A DNA stretch of 64,000 nucleotides, from assembly GCA_051251855.1 (NCBI GenBank), contig JBPOGI010000001.1, positions 1,728,001-1,792,000 of the forward strand. The letters run 5' to 3'. Both the position numbers and the translations under genes were made by a program. This DNA comes from Roseibacillus sp. (GTDB lineage: Bacteria > Verrucomicrobiota > Verrucomicrobiia > Verrucomicrobiales > Akkermansiaceae). Positions 9,879-19,773 of the stretch are shown piece after piece. Under the pieces are notes generated by a model. The model was not told the DNA's origin, searched no databases, and saw only the letters and a list, made by a program, of their open reading frames with translations. Position 1 is the first letter of the stretch; each line of letters starts with the position of its first letter.

Positions 9879-11801
9879 ATGAACCTAAAACTCGTCCTAC
9901 AATCGGTCCTCCTTTTCACTTACTCACTCCTCACCGCAGCCCAACCCAGTATCGACCTAGCCGGCGACACGGACAAGGATGGTTGGCGCGACACAATTGA
10001 GGTCACCTTGGGCACCGACCCCTGCGACTCCACCAGTAACCTCTGTGCAAAGATCGAGAGTCTGGGAAACGACTCCTACTCTCTCACTTGGCCGACCGGC
10101 TTGGATTGCGGCTACCAAATCGAGTTCAGCAACGACCTCGAATCAGGCTTTTCTCAAGTCGTCGCGGGCCCCTTTATAGGCGACGGCAGTTTACGCACCG
10201 AAACTATCGACCTCAGCACTATTACTCCCCAACCATCCGCTATCGAACCCGGCTTCTTTCGCATCAGCGCTACTCTTCCTCGGCCTAACATCGTCTTCAT
10301 CATGTCCGACGACCACGTTGCAATGGCAATGGGTCACATGAATCACCCAGACCATTCAGAAGTCTTGACTCCTAACATGGACCTCTTGGCCTCTCGCGGC
10401 GTTTGTTTCAACCGTGCCTACTCGAACACTTCCATTTGCCGCCCTTCTCGTGCGACTACGTTCACGGGAACTTTCGAATACAAGCACGTCACCAACTTTG
10501 GGAACGTCAGCTCGAACTCCCTCGATGCCGACCTTTGGAACCAGTCCTACCCCATCCTAATGGCCAACAATGACTATCGCATTGGTTTCGCGGGTAAATT
10601 TGGCTTCGGGATGGAGCTTTCCGAAGCTACCTACTCCGCACAGTTCGATAAATGGGGCGGCTTTGATGGCGATGGCCAAGGCTCATACGATACCGCAGCC
10701 AATGCCGCCCTCACTAATTACTCCACAGCCTATCCTCACGTCAGCAGAGCCTTAGGTGCGTTTGGGAAGGACTTCATTCAGGAGTCCGTCTCCGCCGGAG
10801 AAAATTTTTGCCTCACCCTCTTCCCTAAATCACCTCACCTTCCGAACGACAACATTGACCCATTGGACCAGAACAAGTTCGACGCCGTGGTCCCCTTCGC
10901 GTTGCCCACCACTTGGGCCCAAAACTTCAACGACCTCATGCCGCCCCAACCAAGGTTTGCCCGCCCTCACCAAAGACGCTGGCTTGACGAACCAACCTAC
11001 CAATCTTTTGCCCTCGGCTACTACCAACTCATCGCGGGCATGGACGCTGGAATCGGCATCGTCTTGGACGAACTCGAGGCCAGTAACGTTGCCCACAACA
11101 CCGTCGTCATCTATACCTCGGACAATGGCTACTTTTTAGGCTCGAACGGCGGATGGCATGGTAAAGTGCTTCCTCATGAAGAAGGTTCTCGCATCCCCTT
11201 CATCGTCTACGATCCCTACGCCCCCCTTGACACCATCGGCACAACCTCGGACGCGATCATTGGCAACGTCGATTGTGCCGCCACTCTCCTCGACTACGCT
11301 GACCTCCCCGTTCCCGCGCATATGGACGGAATCTCCATTCGACCGATCGTCGAAAATTCCGCACCACGCATTCGTGACTCCATGCTTCTCATTCAGAACT
11401 GGACCGCTGGCAACGACGACCTCAGCCGAGCTCTCTCAGTGGTCACCGAAGAGTTTAAATACACCTACTGGCCTTATTGCGACATCTACGTCAATCCCAC
11501 CGAAGAGATCTACCACATCCCCTCCGACTCTTTCGAAAACAACAATCTGATCGACACGATGGGAAATCTAAGCGCCCCTCTCGACACCACTACCTTAGCC
11601 CAACTCCGGAGCGACTATGACGGATTCGCAACCGACTGGGCGAACAACGTCCCGGTTGGAGCAACCGGTTACCAAAGAGTCGGCGTTCTCTTCGATCGAA
11701 GTATCGACCACACTCTCAAATCGTTCACCCCCATTTCCCCCACGAACACCAACTACCGTAACAACTACCAAGATGTTACCGGTCAAACCTTTCCAAATTA
11801 A
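9879..11801 (+). CDS. formylglycine-dependent (S1) sulfatase with N-terminal accessory module
   Basis: RPNIVFIMSDD, CRPSRA (CxPxR), GK, YTSDNG, GK..PHE motifs; signal peptide. Confidence 0.92.
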   Translation: MNLKLVLQSVLLFTYSLLTAAQPSIDLAGDTDKDGWRDTIEVTLGTDPCDSTSNLCAKIESLGNDSYSLTWPTGLDCGYQIEFSNDLESGFSQVVAGPFIGDGSLRTETIDLSTITPQPSAIEPGFFRISATLPRPNIVFIMSDDHVAMAMGHMNHPDHSEVLTPNMDLLASRGVCFNRAYSNTSICRPSRATTFTGTFEYKHVTNFGNVSSNSLDADLWNQSYPILMANNDYRIGFAGKFGFGMELSEATYSAQFDKWGGFDGDGQGSYDTAANAALTNYSTAYPHVSRALGAFGKDFIQESVSAGENFCLTLFPKSPHLPNDNIDPLDQNKFDAVVPFALPTTWAQNFNDLMPPQPRFARPHQRRWLDEPTYQSFALGYYQLIAGMDAGIGIVLDELEASNVAHNTVVIYTSDNGYFLGSNGGWHGKVLPHEEGSRIPFIVYDPYAPLDTIGTTSDAIIGNVDCAATLLDYADLPVPAHMDGISIRPIVENSAPRIRDSMLLIQNWTAGNDDLSRALSVVTEEFKYTYWPYCDIYVNPTEEIYHIPSDSFENNNLIDTMGNLSAPLDTTTLAQLRSDYDGFATDWANNVPVGATGYQRVGVLFDRSIDHTLKSFTPISPTNTNYRNNYQDVTGQTFPN

Positions 11802-11884
11802 AGGACCTCTCGGAACCTCTTGAAAATTCAGGGGCTCTTCAGACTCTTTACCAAGAGAAGGGTCGCCCCTAAATTATCTCCCCC

Positions 11885-11926
11885 TTAAAAAACCAAACCC
11901 CCGCCTAGAAAAACTAAGCGGGGGTT

Positions 11927-11929
<3 letters not shown>
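11885..11929 (-). terminator. intrinsic terminator of tRNA-Asp (possibly bidirectional)
   Basis: 12-bp perfect stem CCAAACCCCCGC/GCGGGGGTTTGG followed by a T-run on the minus strand. Confidence 0.8.
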
Positions 11930-12003
<74 letters not shown>

Positions 12004-12094
12004 AAGTAGAACAAAAAGAAGACTGAAAGTCCTCCGCTTGCGTGGGCGCGCAAGCTACGGAGTTTCCCCCAATCGCGCAACAATAAATCGCACC

Positions 12095-13021
12095 TTATTT
12101 CACTTTTTCGATCATGGCCTGCAAAGAATCCCAATCTCCGGCTGTCTCGATGGTCGCACCCTTGTCGATCCGAGTCATCAAACCAGCCAAAACCTTACCT
12201 GGTCCAAGCTCTAGGAAGAGTTTATGCCCTTGTCCGCGAAGGAGCTGAATCGACTCCACCCAACGCACTGAACCAGTCACTTGCTTCTCTAGAGTCTCTC
12301 GGATTTCGGCGGGGTCAGTCACAGCTGTCGCTCTTTGATTTGAAATCACTGGAAAGCGAGGACTCGAAACCTCGGCCGCGGCTAAAACCGGCCCCAACTT
12401 GGCCTCGGCTCCCGCCATCAGTCTCGAGTGATAAGCTCCTGCGACCTTCAGCTTCTTGGCCAACTTAATCTTCCGCTCTTTAGCTCCGGCGACTGCTTTG
12501 TCGATGCCCTCCACCGTACCCGATAGCACGATCTGCCCAGGTGCGTTTAAGTTGGCCACGTCGACTCCGCTCTCTTCCGCTAAGGCTCTCACGGCCGCTT
12601 CATCACCACCCACCATCGCAGCCATCGCTCCTCTATTTTGGGCGCAAGCCTCATCCATGAGCTGTCCCCGTTGCGCAACCACTCGCAGACCTTCCTCGAA
12701 AGTGAAACTCCCTGCAGCAGTATGAGCCGTCATCTCCCCTAGCGAAAGACCCGCCGCAGCCACCGGATTCAGATGAGGACAACTAGCCTTCAAGACCGAC
12801 CACATCGCCAATCCGTGCACAAATAACGCGGGCTGACAGTTGGCGGTCTTCGTCAACTCCTCTTCAGGTCCTTCGAAGATGATCTTGCTCAAGTCCCGTC
12901 CCAGCACCTCATTGGCGTGCTCGAAAAGGTCTTTTGCAATCTGGCTTCCTTCGATGAGATCTTTCCCCATCCCCACCTTCTGGGCTCCCTGTCCGGCAAA
13001 TAGTAAAACGCAATCGCTCAT
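12095..13021 (-). CDS. fabD: malonyl-CoA:ACP transacylase
   Basis: LFAGQGAQ, GLSLGE nucleophile, AYHS, SVRW, ELGPGKVL. Confidence 0.95.
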   Translation of the reverse strand: MSDCVLLFAGQGAQKVGMGKDLIEGSQIAKDLFEHANEVLGRDLSKIIFEGPEEELTKTANCQPALFVHGLAMWSVLKASCPHLNPVAAAGLSLGEMTAHTAAGSFTFEEGLRVVAQRGQLMDEACAQNRGAMAAMVGGDEAAVRALAEESGVDVANLNAPGQIVLSGTVEGIDKAVAGAKERKIKLAKKLKVAGAYHSRLMAGAEAKLGPVLAAAEVSSPRFPVISNQRATAVTDPAEIRETLEKQVTGSVRWVESIQLLRGQGHKLFLELGPGKVLAGLMTRIDKGATIETAGDWDSLQAMIEKVK

Positions 13022-13162
13022 GTGAGCGCCAGCCAAGCCTCTCGGTGGATTTCGTGCAAGCCTGGAAAACGAACCTCTGAATCCACCTCCCTCCCCCTTT
13101 CATGTTGCCACCCTTCGTTGTTTTGCGACTTGAAAATCGATGATTCTCAACGAAATTCGAGT

Positions 13163-13972
13163 ATGATTATTTCCTTCACTAAGATGAACGGAGCAGGCAA
13201 CGACTTCGTGGTACTCGATAATCGAGATCTCACTTACAACCTGACCAAGGAACAAATCACCCATCTCTGCGACCGACACCGTGGAATCGGAGCCGACGGT
13301 TTACTCGCCGCCGAGCCTAGTGTTGGAGAAGCAGATTTTCGCTTCCGCTATTACAACGCCGATGGGGGCGAAGCAGAAATGTGTGGCAACGGAGCACGCT
13401 GCTTTGCCCGTTTCACCGCTGACCTCCTTCCGCAAGAATGCGACCAAGTCAGCTTCGAAACCATCGCAGGAGAGCTCTCAGCCAAACTTATCGGAGACGA
13501 TGTTGAAGTCGCCATGTCCGACCCGTTCGACTTGGAGCCTGAGTTGAAAATCGAAGTCGCAGGACTGAAGTCGCCGATTCATTCCGTCAATACAGGAGTC
13601 CCGCACACCGTCTCGTATGTAGACAACCTCAACGAACTGGATGTCGTTGCCGCCGGTGCAGCTATTCGCTACCATGAGCACTTCGCACCTGCTGGAACGA
13701 ATGCAAACTTTGCCCAAGTCCTCGAGGCTGGACACATCGCGATCCGAACTTACGAACGTGGAGTCGAGGGAGAGACCCTCGCCTGCGGAACAGGGATGGT
13801 CGCTTGCGCACTCTACCATCACCTCATCACTGGCGCCCCCTCTCCCATCAGGGTTGATGTTAAAGGAGGCGAGACCCTGCAAATCGGGTTCGAGAAATCT
13901 GGGGACGAGTTTGTTAATGTCACCCTCACTGGGCCAGCTGAAATTACCTTTACAGGTGAAATCGAAATCTGA
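13163..13972 (+). CDS. dapF: diaminopimelate epimerase
   Basis: FTKMNGAGNDF, EMCGNGARC, ERGVEGETLACGTG; start taken at ATG 13163. Confidence 0.96.
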   Translation: MIISFTKMNGAGNDFVVLDNRDLTYNLTKEQITHLCDRHRGIGADGLLAAEPSVGEADFRFRYYNADGGEAEMCGNGARCFARFTADLLPQECDQVSFETIAGELSAKLIGDDVEVAMSDPFDLEPELKIEVAGLKSPIHSVNTGVPHTVSYVDNLNELDVVAAGAAIRYHEHFAPAGTNANFAQVLEAGHIAIRTYERGVEGETLACGTGMVACALYHHLITGAPSPIRVDVKGGETLQIGFEKSGDEFVNVTLTGPAEITFTGEIEI

Positions 13973-14074
13973 TTAACCCCTCCTCGCCAAAAACCTCCTT
14001 TTCTGATAACGAAACCCCATCATTACTGACGTAGCCGATAAAATACCTCAATCTGCTACGTTATCTCTTCCGAG

Positions 14075-16552
14075 ATGAATCTCCTCCTCCACCCCCTTTT
14101 GGCGGCATCCTTGCTACTCGCCAGCCTCACCGCATCCATGCGCGCCGAAGCCAACTTCAACGAGGTTGGTAAAGCGATGACTATCATGCTGGGAGATTCT
14201 CACTTCGAAGCTCTCGGTTTCGATGAGAATCTCAATCAGCGCATCCTCGACCTCTACTTAGAAACTCTCGATCCCGACAAACTCTACCTCACCCAAGGAG
14301 ACGTCCGCGAGTTCCGTAAAAAATATGCCGATGACGCGGCCAACGCATTCGACATTCTCCTTCTTCGGTCACGTGGAATGGAGCCGGCTCGAGATATCTA
14401 CACCCGTTTTGCTACCCGTGTAGCCGAACAAACCGAATACATCGAAACCCTCACCGACAAGGCCGCCTTCGACTTCACTACCGACACCCTTGTGCCCCTT
14501 TCTCGAAAAAGAGCTGATTGGCCGTTTGACCGCTTCGCAGCACAACGCATTTGGCGACTACGAATCGCGGATGAACTCTTGAGCGAAGAGTTACTGCGCG
14601 TTGACCCCACCCCCAAAAAGGAAGAACTAAAGACTTCATCTGCACCGACAGAGACCGAAGCCCCCTCACCCCAGGCTGAGGAACCCGCCTCGGACTCCCC
14701 CCAGCCCTCCTCAGAACCCCAGAAGCCAGAGCCAGAAGCCCAACCAAGCGAGAAAACCGCTGAAATCAGCGAGACGGTTACCCCCATCATCGCTGCCGAA
14801 GAAACACCCATCGTTAAAAAACCGAAGGCTCCCGCACCTTCAGCCGCTCTTCCTGTGATCCAAAAAGAGGAACCACGCAAAATCATTAAAAAGCGCTATC
14901 TTCGCTTTAAAGAAACTGTTCAATCTGCGTCCGACGAAGAAATCGCCGACTACTTCTTTAGCGCTGTCGCTCAAGCCCATGACCCGCACTCCGATTATCT
15001 CAGCGTAAAGGAAAATGAGCGCTTTGACCGCGAACTCCGCAATCAACTCACTGGAATCGGCGCAGAGCTCTCTTCAGAGCCCGACGGCGCTACCCGCATC
15101 GCTGGAATCATCGTCAATGGCCCAGCCCATCGCCAAGGTAAACTTAAACCCGATGACCGCCTCGTAGCCATCGATCCACTGAACGATGGCAAGATCGTGG
15201 ATATCACGTTTCTCCCCATCGAGCGCGTCGTGCAGCTCATCCTAGGCCGCAAAGACACTCCCGTTGGTTTGATTGTCGAAAATCATGCACCAGAGGACAA
15301 CGAGCGACGCAAAGTGGTCATTGTTCGCGGAACTATCCAACTCAAGAACGCAGCGGCATCGGCCGAGATTGTCAATATAGCTCAGCCAGAAGGACCGCCT
15401 CGCACCTTGGGCTGGATTAAAATCCCCCTCTTCTACCTCGACTTCGAGGACGCCGACCCAAGTGTCTATAAAGACGTTAAAAAGCTCGTTTCCCGATTGA
15501 AGCGAGAAAATGTCGATGGCATCGCTCTTGATCTGCGCGACAACGGCGGCGGCTCACTAACCGAAGTCCCTCGCCTAGCCGGACTTTTTCTTCCGCGAGG
15601 CCCTGTCGTGCAAGCGAAGAATCAAAGGGGACAGGTCGAAGTCCTTTCCTCTACTCCCCTCAAGCCAGACTACGAAGGCCCCCTTATTGTGGTCACCGAC
15701 CGCAACAGCGCCTCCTCCAGTGAGATTCTCGCCGGCGCGCTTCAAGACTACAATCGCGCCATCATCGTAGGAGAATCTTCCACTTTCGGCAAAGGCACCG
15801 TGCAAGAAAAAATGGGCGTCGCCAACTTCCTCCGCTTCATGCAAGACCCCAGAAGAGCTGGCGATCTCAAGACCACCGTTCAGAAATTCTACCGCGTTAC
15901 CGGAAGCTCTACTCAGCTCCGAGGCATCATTCCCGACATCATCGTGCCGTCGATAAACGACGCTAGAGAAATCGGCGAACGCTTCCTTCCGCATGCTCTC
16001 CCCCACGATGGAATTGCCCCTGCCCGAGACTTTAAGCCAGGGCCACGCAATGCTCTTTTTCTTCCCATCGTAGCCGATCAGAGCCGACAGCGAATTGAGA
16101 AGTCACCCGACTTTCAATACATCCGAGAGGACTTGATTCGAGCCGAAGTCGAGCGCATGCGTAACGTCGTTACCCTAAATCGCGAAAAACGTATCAGCGA
16201 ATCCAAAAAGGAACTGGAGCAGGAAGCTGAGCGCAACGACGAGCGAAGAAAGCGTTTCTCTGAAATGGAAAATAAGGATGCTCAACGCTTTCACTTCTTA
16301 CGCCTCACTCTTGAAGATATCGAGCGCACGAGGCTCGTAACAGTCGATCGCGAAAGAGACTCACAGGCCATTATTCTGCGAGCCCAGCCCAAGGCAGCCG
16401 ATCTCTCCGCCACTCCCGGCTGGCCAAGCGGACTCGACCCCGTAAAACGCGAAGCATTGACGATCTTGGATGACCTTGTGGACGCACGACTAGCTGACGC
16501 CGAACTAACAAAGCTCAAAAAAGCAGTCGAAGCTGGAACGAATCCAAACTAG
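14075..16552 (+). CDS. prc: carboxy-terminal processing protease (S41A, Prc/Tsp type)
   Basis: DPHSDY, PDZ GIGA, DLRDNGGGSL, SASSSEILAGALQDY, TFGKGTVQ. Confidence 0.92.
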   Translation: MNLLLHPLLAASLLLASLTASMRAEANFNEVGKAMTIMLGDSHFEALGFDENLNQRILDLYLETLDPDKLYLTQGDVREFRKKYADDAANAFDILLLRSRGMEPARDIYTRFATRVAEQTEYIETLTDKAAFDFTTDTLVPLSRKRADWPFDRFAAQRIWRLRIADELLSEELLRVDPTPKKEELKTSSAPTETEAPSPQAEEPASDSPQPSSEPQKPEPEAQPSEKTAEISETVTPIIAAEETPIVKKPKAPAPSAALPVIQKEEPRKIIKKRYLRFKETVQSASDEEIADYFFSAVAQAHDPHSDYLSVKENERFDRELRNQLTGIGAELSSEPDGATRIAGIIVNGPAHRQGKLKPDDRLVAIDPLNDGKIVDITFLPIERVVQLILGRKDTPVGLIVENHAPEDNERRKVVIVRGTIQLKNAAASAEIVNIAQPEGPPRTLGWIKIPLFYLDFEDADPSVYKDVKKLVSRLKRENVDGIALDLRDNGGGSLTEVPRLAGLFLPRGPVVQAKNQRGQVEVLSSTPLKPDYEGPLIVVTDRNSASSSEILAGALQDYNRAIIVGESSTFGKGTVQEKMGVANFLRFMQDPRRAGDLKTTVQKFYRVTGSSTQLRGIIPDIIVPSINDAREIGERFLPHALPHDGIAPARDFKPGPRNALFLPIVADQSRQRIEKSPDFQYIREDLIRAEVERMRNVVTLNREKRISESKKELEQEAERNDERRKRFSEMENKDAQRFHFLRLTLEDIERTRLVTVDRERDSQAIILRAQPKAADLSATPGWPSGLDPVKREALTILDDLVDARLADAELTKLKKAVEAGTNPN

Positions 16553-16620
16553 CTTAAAAAAACTCAACGGAGACCTACCCAAATGGTTCCGTTTTCCCCC
16601 TCAACGAACACCTAGGCGCC

Positions 16621-16866
16621 CTAACTTCCCTCACCTCTCCTTAACCCTTCGGAGTTTTCTGGTCCCGGAACTTCCTGCCGAGCTCCTTCCTCCTTCGTTA
16701 AGGCTTTGTGATCGCGCTCATCGATTGCTGGCGTCATCTCTTCTTCCTTACTGAAGGCAAAAGGAAGAATCAGAGAAACTACTACTACAAGGAAGAAAAA
16801 CATCCCCAGCTGCGACCATCGCGATATATTTAACTTCCCAAATTTCTCCACAACCATACTAGACAA
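16621..16866 (-). CDS. small hypothetical membrane protein
   Basis: 81-aa ORF with one hydrophobic segment filling the intergenic gap. Confidence 0.45.
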   Translation of the reverse strand: MSSMVVEKFGKLNISRWSQLGMFFFLVVVVSLILPFAFSKEEEMTPAIDERDHKALTKEEGARQEVPGPENSEGLRRGEGS

Positions 16867-16925
16867 ACTAATTAGTTCTGAATGTCACAAAATTCGCTCC
16901 TTGCCAAAGAAAAGGTGCAAAATTT

Positions 16926-18188
16926 TCAGACTACAGGCACAAGAATGGCATCTTCCATGCCGTGAATCTTCTTTTTGTCAGCAGGAACAATGGTCGCCAA
17001 GCAACCTCCTAGCATGACCTCCTTTTCTCCAACAAAATAGTAAGGACAAAGCCTCGCTCTCCCGACCATCGTCTTCACCTCCCCCGTTTCACGGTCATAA
17101 TAAGGATGCTCAATTAATTTTGCCTCGGTGAACTCCTGCATCATCCAAGGTCGTGTCGAAAAGTCCTTTTCCGCCTGCTCGATAAGCTTTGCCCATCGCT
17201 CACCCGGCTCATCATGCCCAATATAGACTCCACGGCTCCCCCACGCCAGCTCGCTGAATCCCGAGACCTTCAACACCAAGCGACGTTCTTTCTGACTCAT
17301 GCCCCCTACTTCCGCCCAAGAATTTACATTCAACTTCGGCAATGCTGCATGAGGCGGCAGCGGTGAGGAGTCGACGACCCACCCCATCGGAATCCACTTT
17401 TTCAACTGCTCAAAGTATTTTCCACGAAGCTCCTGCTCCCACAACGACTTCAGCCCAGGAGTGTGAAGCAGAGCCAACCAAAGCTTCTCTTCAAACAGTG
17501 GCTTCACAGGAGGAGTCAAACCACCTTTCCGATCACTGCCTTGCAGATGAGGAATAGACAGCCAGTCGAAAAGCTCAAAAAAACGATACCCGGACTCGCC
17601 GTCCCATTCTTCAGCACGATGAAGAGACACGTCTCCCAATTGTTCCGCCAACCACTGCATCTCTGGACGATAATCACCAGACTCATCGGAAACCCAAATC
17701 CTCCCTTCGCCTTCACCCATAATTGAACGCAGCCCATCAATCATTCCTCTCTCCCCGCCCACAACACCCTCATACAGCTGGCCCAACCAAGCGGTTACTC
17801 CCATCCCACCCGGCACGGAATCCAACTCAGTGATTGCAAACCCCTCCTCCGTCAAAAGAAGATCCGGACGAATCACCCGAGGCACCACTTCGGCCTGCGC
17901 CCCATCTCGTTGCCAATCCACCATCCACTCTGGTTTCCCACTATCTAGTAGCTCCGAGATCCAAGGTCCAACCCTCCCCTTGGCACTTCTGCGATAAATC
18001 CGATCTTGCGCCTCTTGAAAGGAAGCGAGCACGCCCCCCATCCGCTCGAGCTCACGCCTCTCCTTCGACTCCAGCCTCAAAGGCTCTGGAGATAGATGCC
18101 AACTCTTGTCAGCAAACAACCCCTCAGCAGGGAAAGCTTCTTTAAGTGCAGAAAGGGAAACCATGGTCGGCGCAGAAACCATTCGCAC
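16926..18188 (-). CDS. ATP-grasp-like ligase (glutathionylspermidine synthase-like)
   Basis: VIRPDLLL..GF..TELDSVPGG, EEKLWLALL, LVLK.SG...AWGSRGV.IG, MQEF motifs; start uncertain (18188/18164). Confidence 0.7.
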   Translation of the reverse strand: MRMVSAPTMVSLSALKEAFPAEGLFADKSWHLSPEPLRLESKERRELERMGGVLASFQEAQDRIYRRSAKGRVGPWISELLDSGKPEWMVDWQRDGAQAEVVPRVIRPDLLLTEEGFAITELDSVPGGMGVTAWLGQLYEGVVGGERGMIDGLRSIMGEGEGRIWVSDESGDYRPEMQWLAEQLGDVSLHRAEEWDGESGYRFFELFDWLSIPHLQGSDRKGGLTPPVKPLFEEKLWLALLHTPGLKSLWEQELRGKYFEQLKKWIPMGWVVDSSPLPPHAALPKLNVNSWAEVGGMSQKERRLVLKVSGFSELAWGSRGVYIGHDEPGERWAKLIEQAEKDFSTRPWMMQEFTEAKLIEHPYYDRETGEVKTMVGRARLCPYYFVGEKEVMLGGCLATIVPADKKKIHGMEDAILVPVV

Positions 18189-18189
18189 G

Positions 18190-18783
18190 CTAACTCAATC
18201 CCCGCAAGGCTTCCCGAATCAAATCGTCTACTGTTGCCTCCGCATTCGCCTTTCCTGCCGCTGCAATCGCCTTTCGGGCCTCAGCCTGCTTGTAACCAAG
18301 GGCAATCAAAGCCAACTCCGCATCTCGGGAAATGTTCACTCCCATTCCCGCCTCATCGGTATTCCAGCTCTCGACCACTCCCACCTTATCCTTCAACTCC
18401 AAGATAATGCGCTCTGCGGTTTTTTTGCCTAAACCCTTGATTCGAGATAGCTCCGCAACATCCGCTCCCACCACATGACGCTTAAACTCCTCCACAGGCA
18501 TCCCCGAAAGGATCGCCATCGCAATGGAAGGACCAATCCCGCTCACCCTTTCAATCAAAAGAAGGAAGAGATCCCTCTCGTCGTCAGTCGCAAACCCATA
18601 AAGATTTTGAATATTCTCTCTGACGTACATGTAAGTTTTTAAGAAAACTTCAGAACCTTTGAACGGATTCAACCGATCGAATGTCGAAATCGGCACATGC
18701 ACCAAATATCCTACACCACCACAACCCACCACCATCCGATTAGGAAGCGCCTCCCACACTTCACCCTTAAGAGCTGCAATCAT
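18190..18783 (-). CDS. ruvA: Holliday junction branch migration protein RuvA
   Basis: MIAALKG, GGVGY, LYGF, VSGIGP, GLGKKTAERIILELKDK, ALIALGY. Confidence 0.97.
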   Translation of the reverse strand: MIAALKGEVWEALPNRMVVGCGGVGYLVHVPISTFDRLNPFKGSEVFLKTYMYVRENIQNLYGFATDDERDLFLLLIERVSGIGPSIAMAILSGMPVEEFKRHVVGADVAELSRIKGLGKKTAERIILELKDKVGVVESWNTDEAGMGVNISRDAELALIALGYKQAEARKAIAAAGKANAEATVDDLIREALRGLS

Positions 18784-18965
18784 TTAATTGAACTAAAACA
18801 GTTTTTCGCGACGCTCCAAGATTGAAACCTTTTCATGACAACGATTCTCCTAAAATAGCTTAAGTAATCTTGAATATTTACTTGACTAACTAATTATAAA
18901 AAATAGGCTAAGTGGCTTTTTTCGGTCGCTTTTGCCACAAAAATAAACTATACTTCCACTCCACT

Positions 18966-19271
18966 ATGGCAACTACGAAACGAACCCGATTCTCCCGTCG
19001 ACTCCCTGACCACGTTACTGATGAACTTGTCACTGTTCTCTCTGCTGAAAAGAAATTCTTTGGCTTTAATGAGCTTTTTGAGAAAGTTTTCGACCGCCTC
19101 AAAGCGCGCAACGCAGTAAGCGGTGGCGAAGAAATGCTCCGCCTCCGTGCATACGAGAAATTACAAAATCTTGTAACTCGTGGCCTCGTCGAAAAGGACG
19201 GCAAAGAGTATAAAGGCCTCGACAAGGTCATGGATGCTCACAGCGATAATCTCGCCAATCAGCAAGCGTAA
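18966..19271 (+). CDS. small basic hypothetical protein, possible winged-helix DNA-binding
   Basis: Clean 101-aa ORF with downstream terminator; LQNLVTRGLVEKDGKEY resembles a wHTH wing. Confidence 0.7.
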   Translation: MATTKRTRFSRRLPDHVTDELVTVLSAEKKFFGFNELFEKVFDRLKARNAVSGGEEMLRLRAYEKLQNLVTRGLVEKDGKEYKGLDKVMDAHSDNLANQQA

Positions 19272-19313
19272 GTAATTCACTTTCCTGCTGGCGATTTTCC
19301 GCCAATCTTTTAC

Positions 19314-19343
19314 AAAGCCCGCGTTGCCCAACGCGGGTTTTTT
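19314..19343 (+). terminator. intrinsic terminator
   Basis: AAGCCCGCGTTG-CC-CAACGCGGGTTT stem followed by a T-run. Confidence 0.75.
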
Positions 19344-19362
19344 ATTTCAGCCTTACAACAAC

Positions 19363-19737
19363 ATGCTTTCCGATTTTTTCCCGGTCTTTCTTCAGATTCT
19401 CCTCGCGGTAGGATTCGCTGGTATCGCTCTCGTGATGAGCCTCTACCTCGGCAAGCGAGGAAAAGCGGAAGGCGTCAAAAATGAAGCTTACGAATGCGGT
19501 ATGCTCCCCATCGGTGATGGAGCCCCCCGCTTCTCCGTCAAGTTCTACCTCGTGGCCATGCTCTTCGTCATCTTCGATATCGAAGCCGTATTCAGCTATG
19601 TCTGGGCCGTCGTCTTCAAGGATCTCATCATTGAAGGTCACACTATGGTCCTCTGGTCCATGCTCACCTTCCTCGGCGTCCTTACCCTCGCCTACATCTA
19701 CGCCCTCAAAAAAGGCGCCCTGAGCTGGAAGTCATAG
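19363..19737 (+). CDS. nuoA: NADH-quinone oxidoreductase subunit A
   Basis: K...YECG, FSVKFYLVAMLFVIFDIE, KKGALSW. Confidence 0.95.
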   Translation: MLSDFFPVFLQILLAVGFAGIALVMSLYLGKRGKAEGVKNEAYECGMLPIGDGAPRFSVKFYLVAMLFVIFDIEAVFSYVWAVVFKDLIIEGHTMVLWSMLTFLGVLTLAYIYALKKGALSWKS

Positions 19738-19773
19738 TCGCAGACACTGCGTCTTCCTTTTCTTGCTCAGAGC

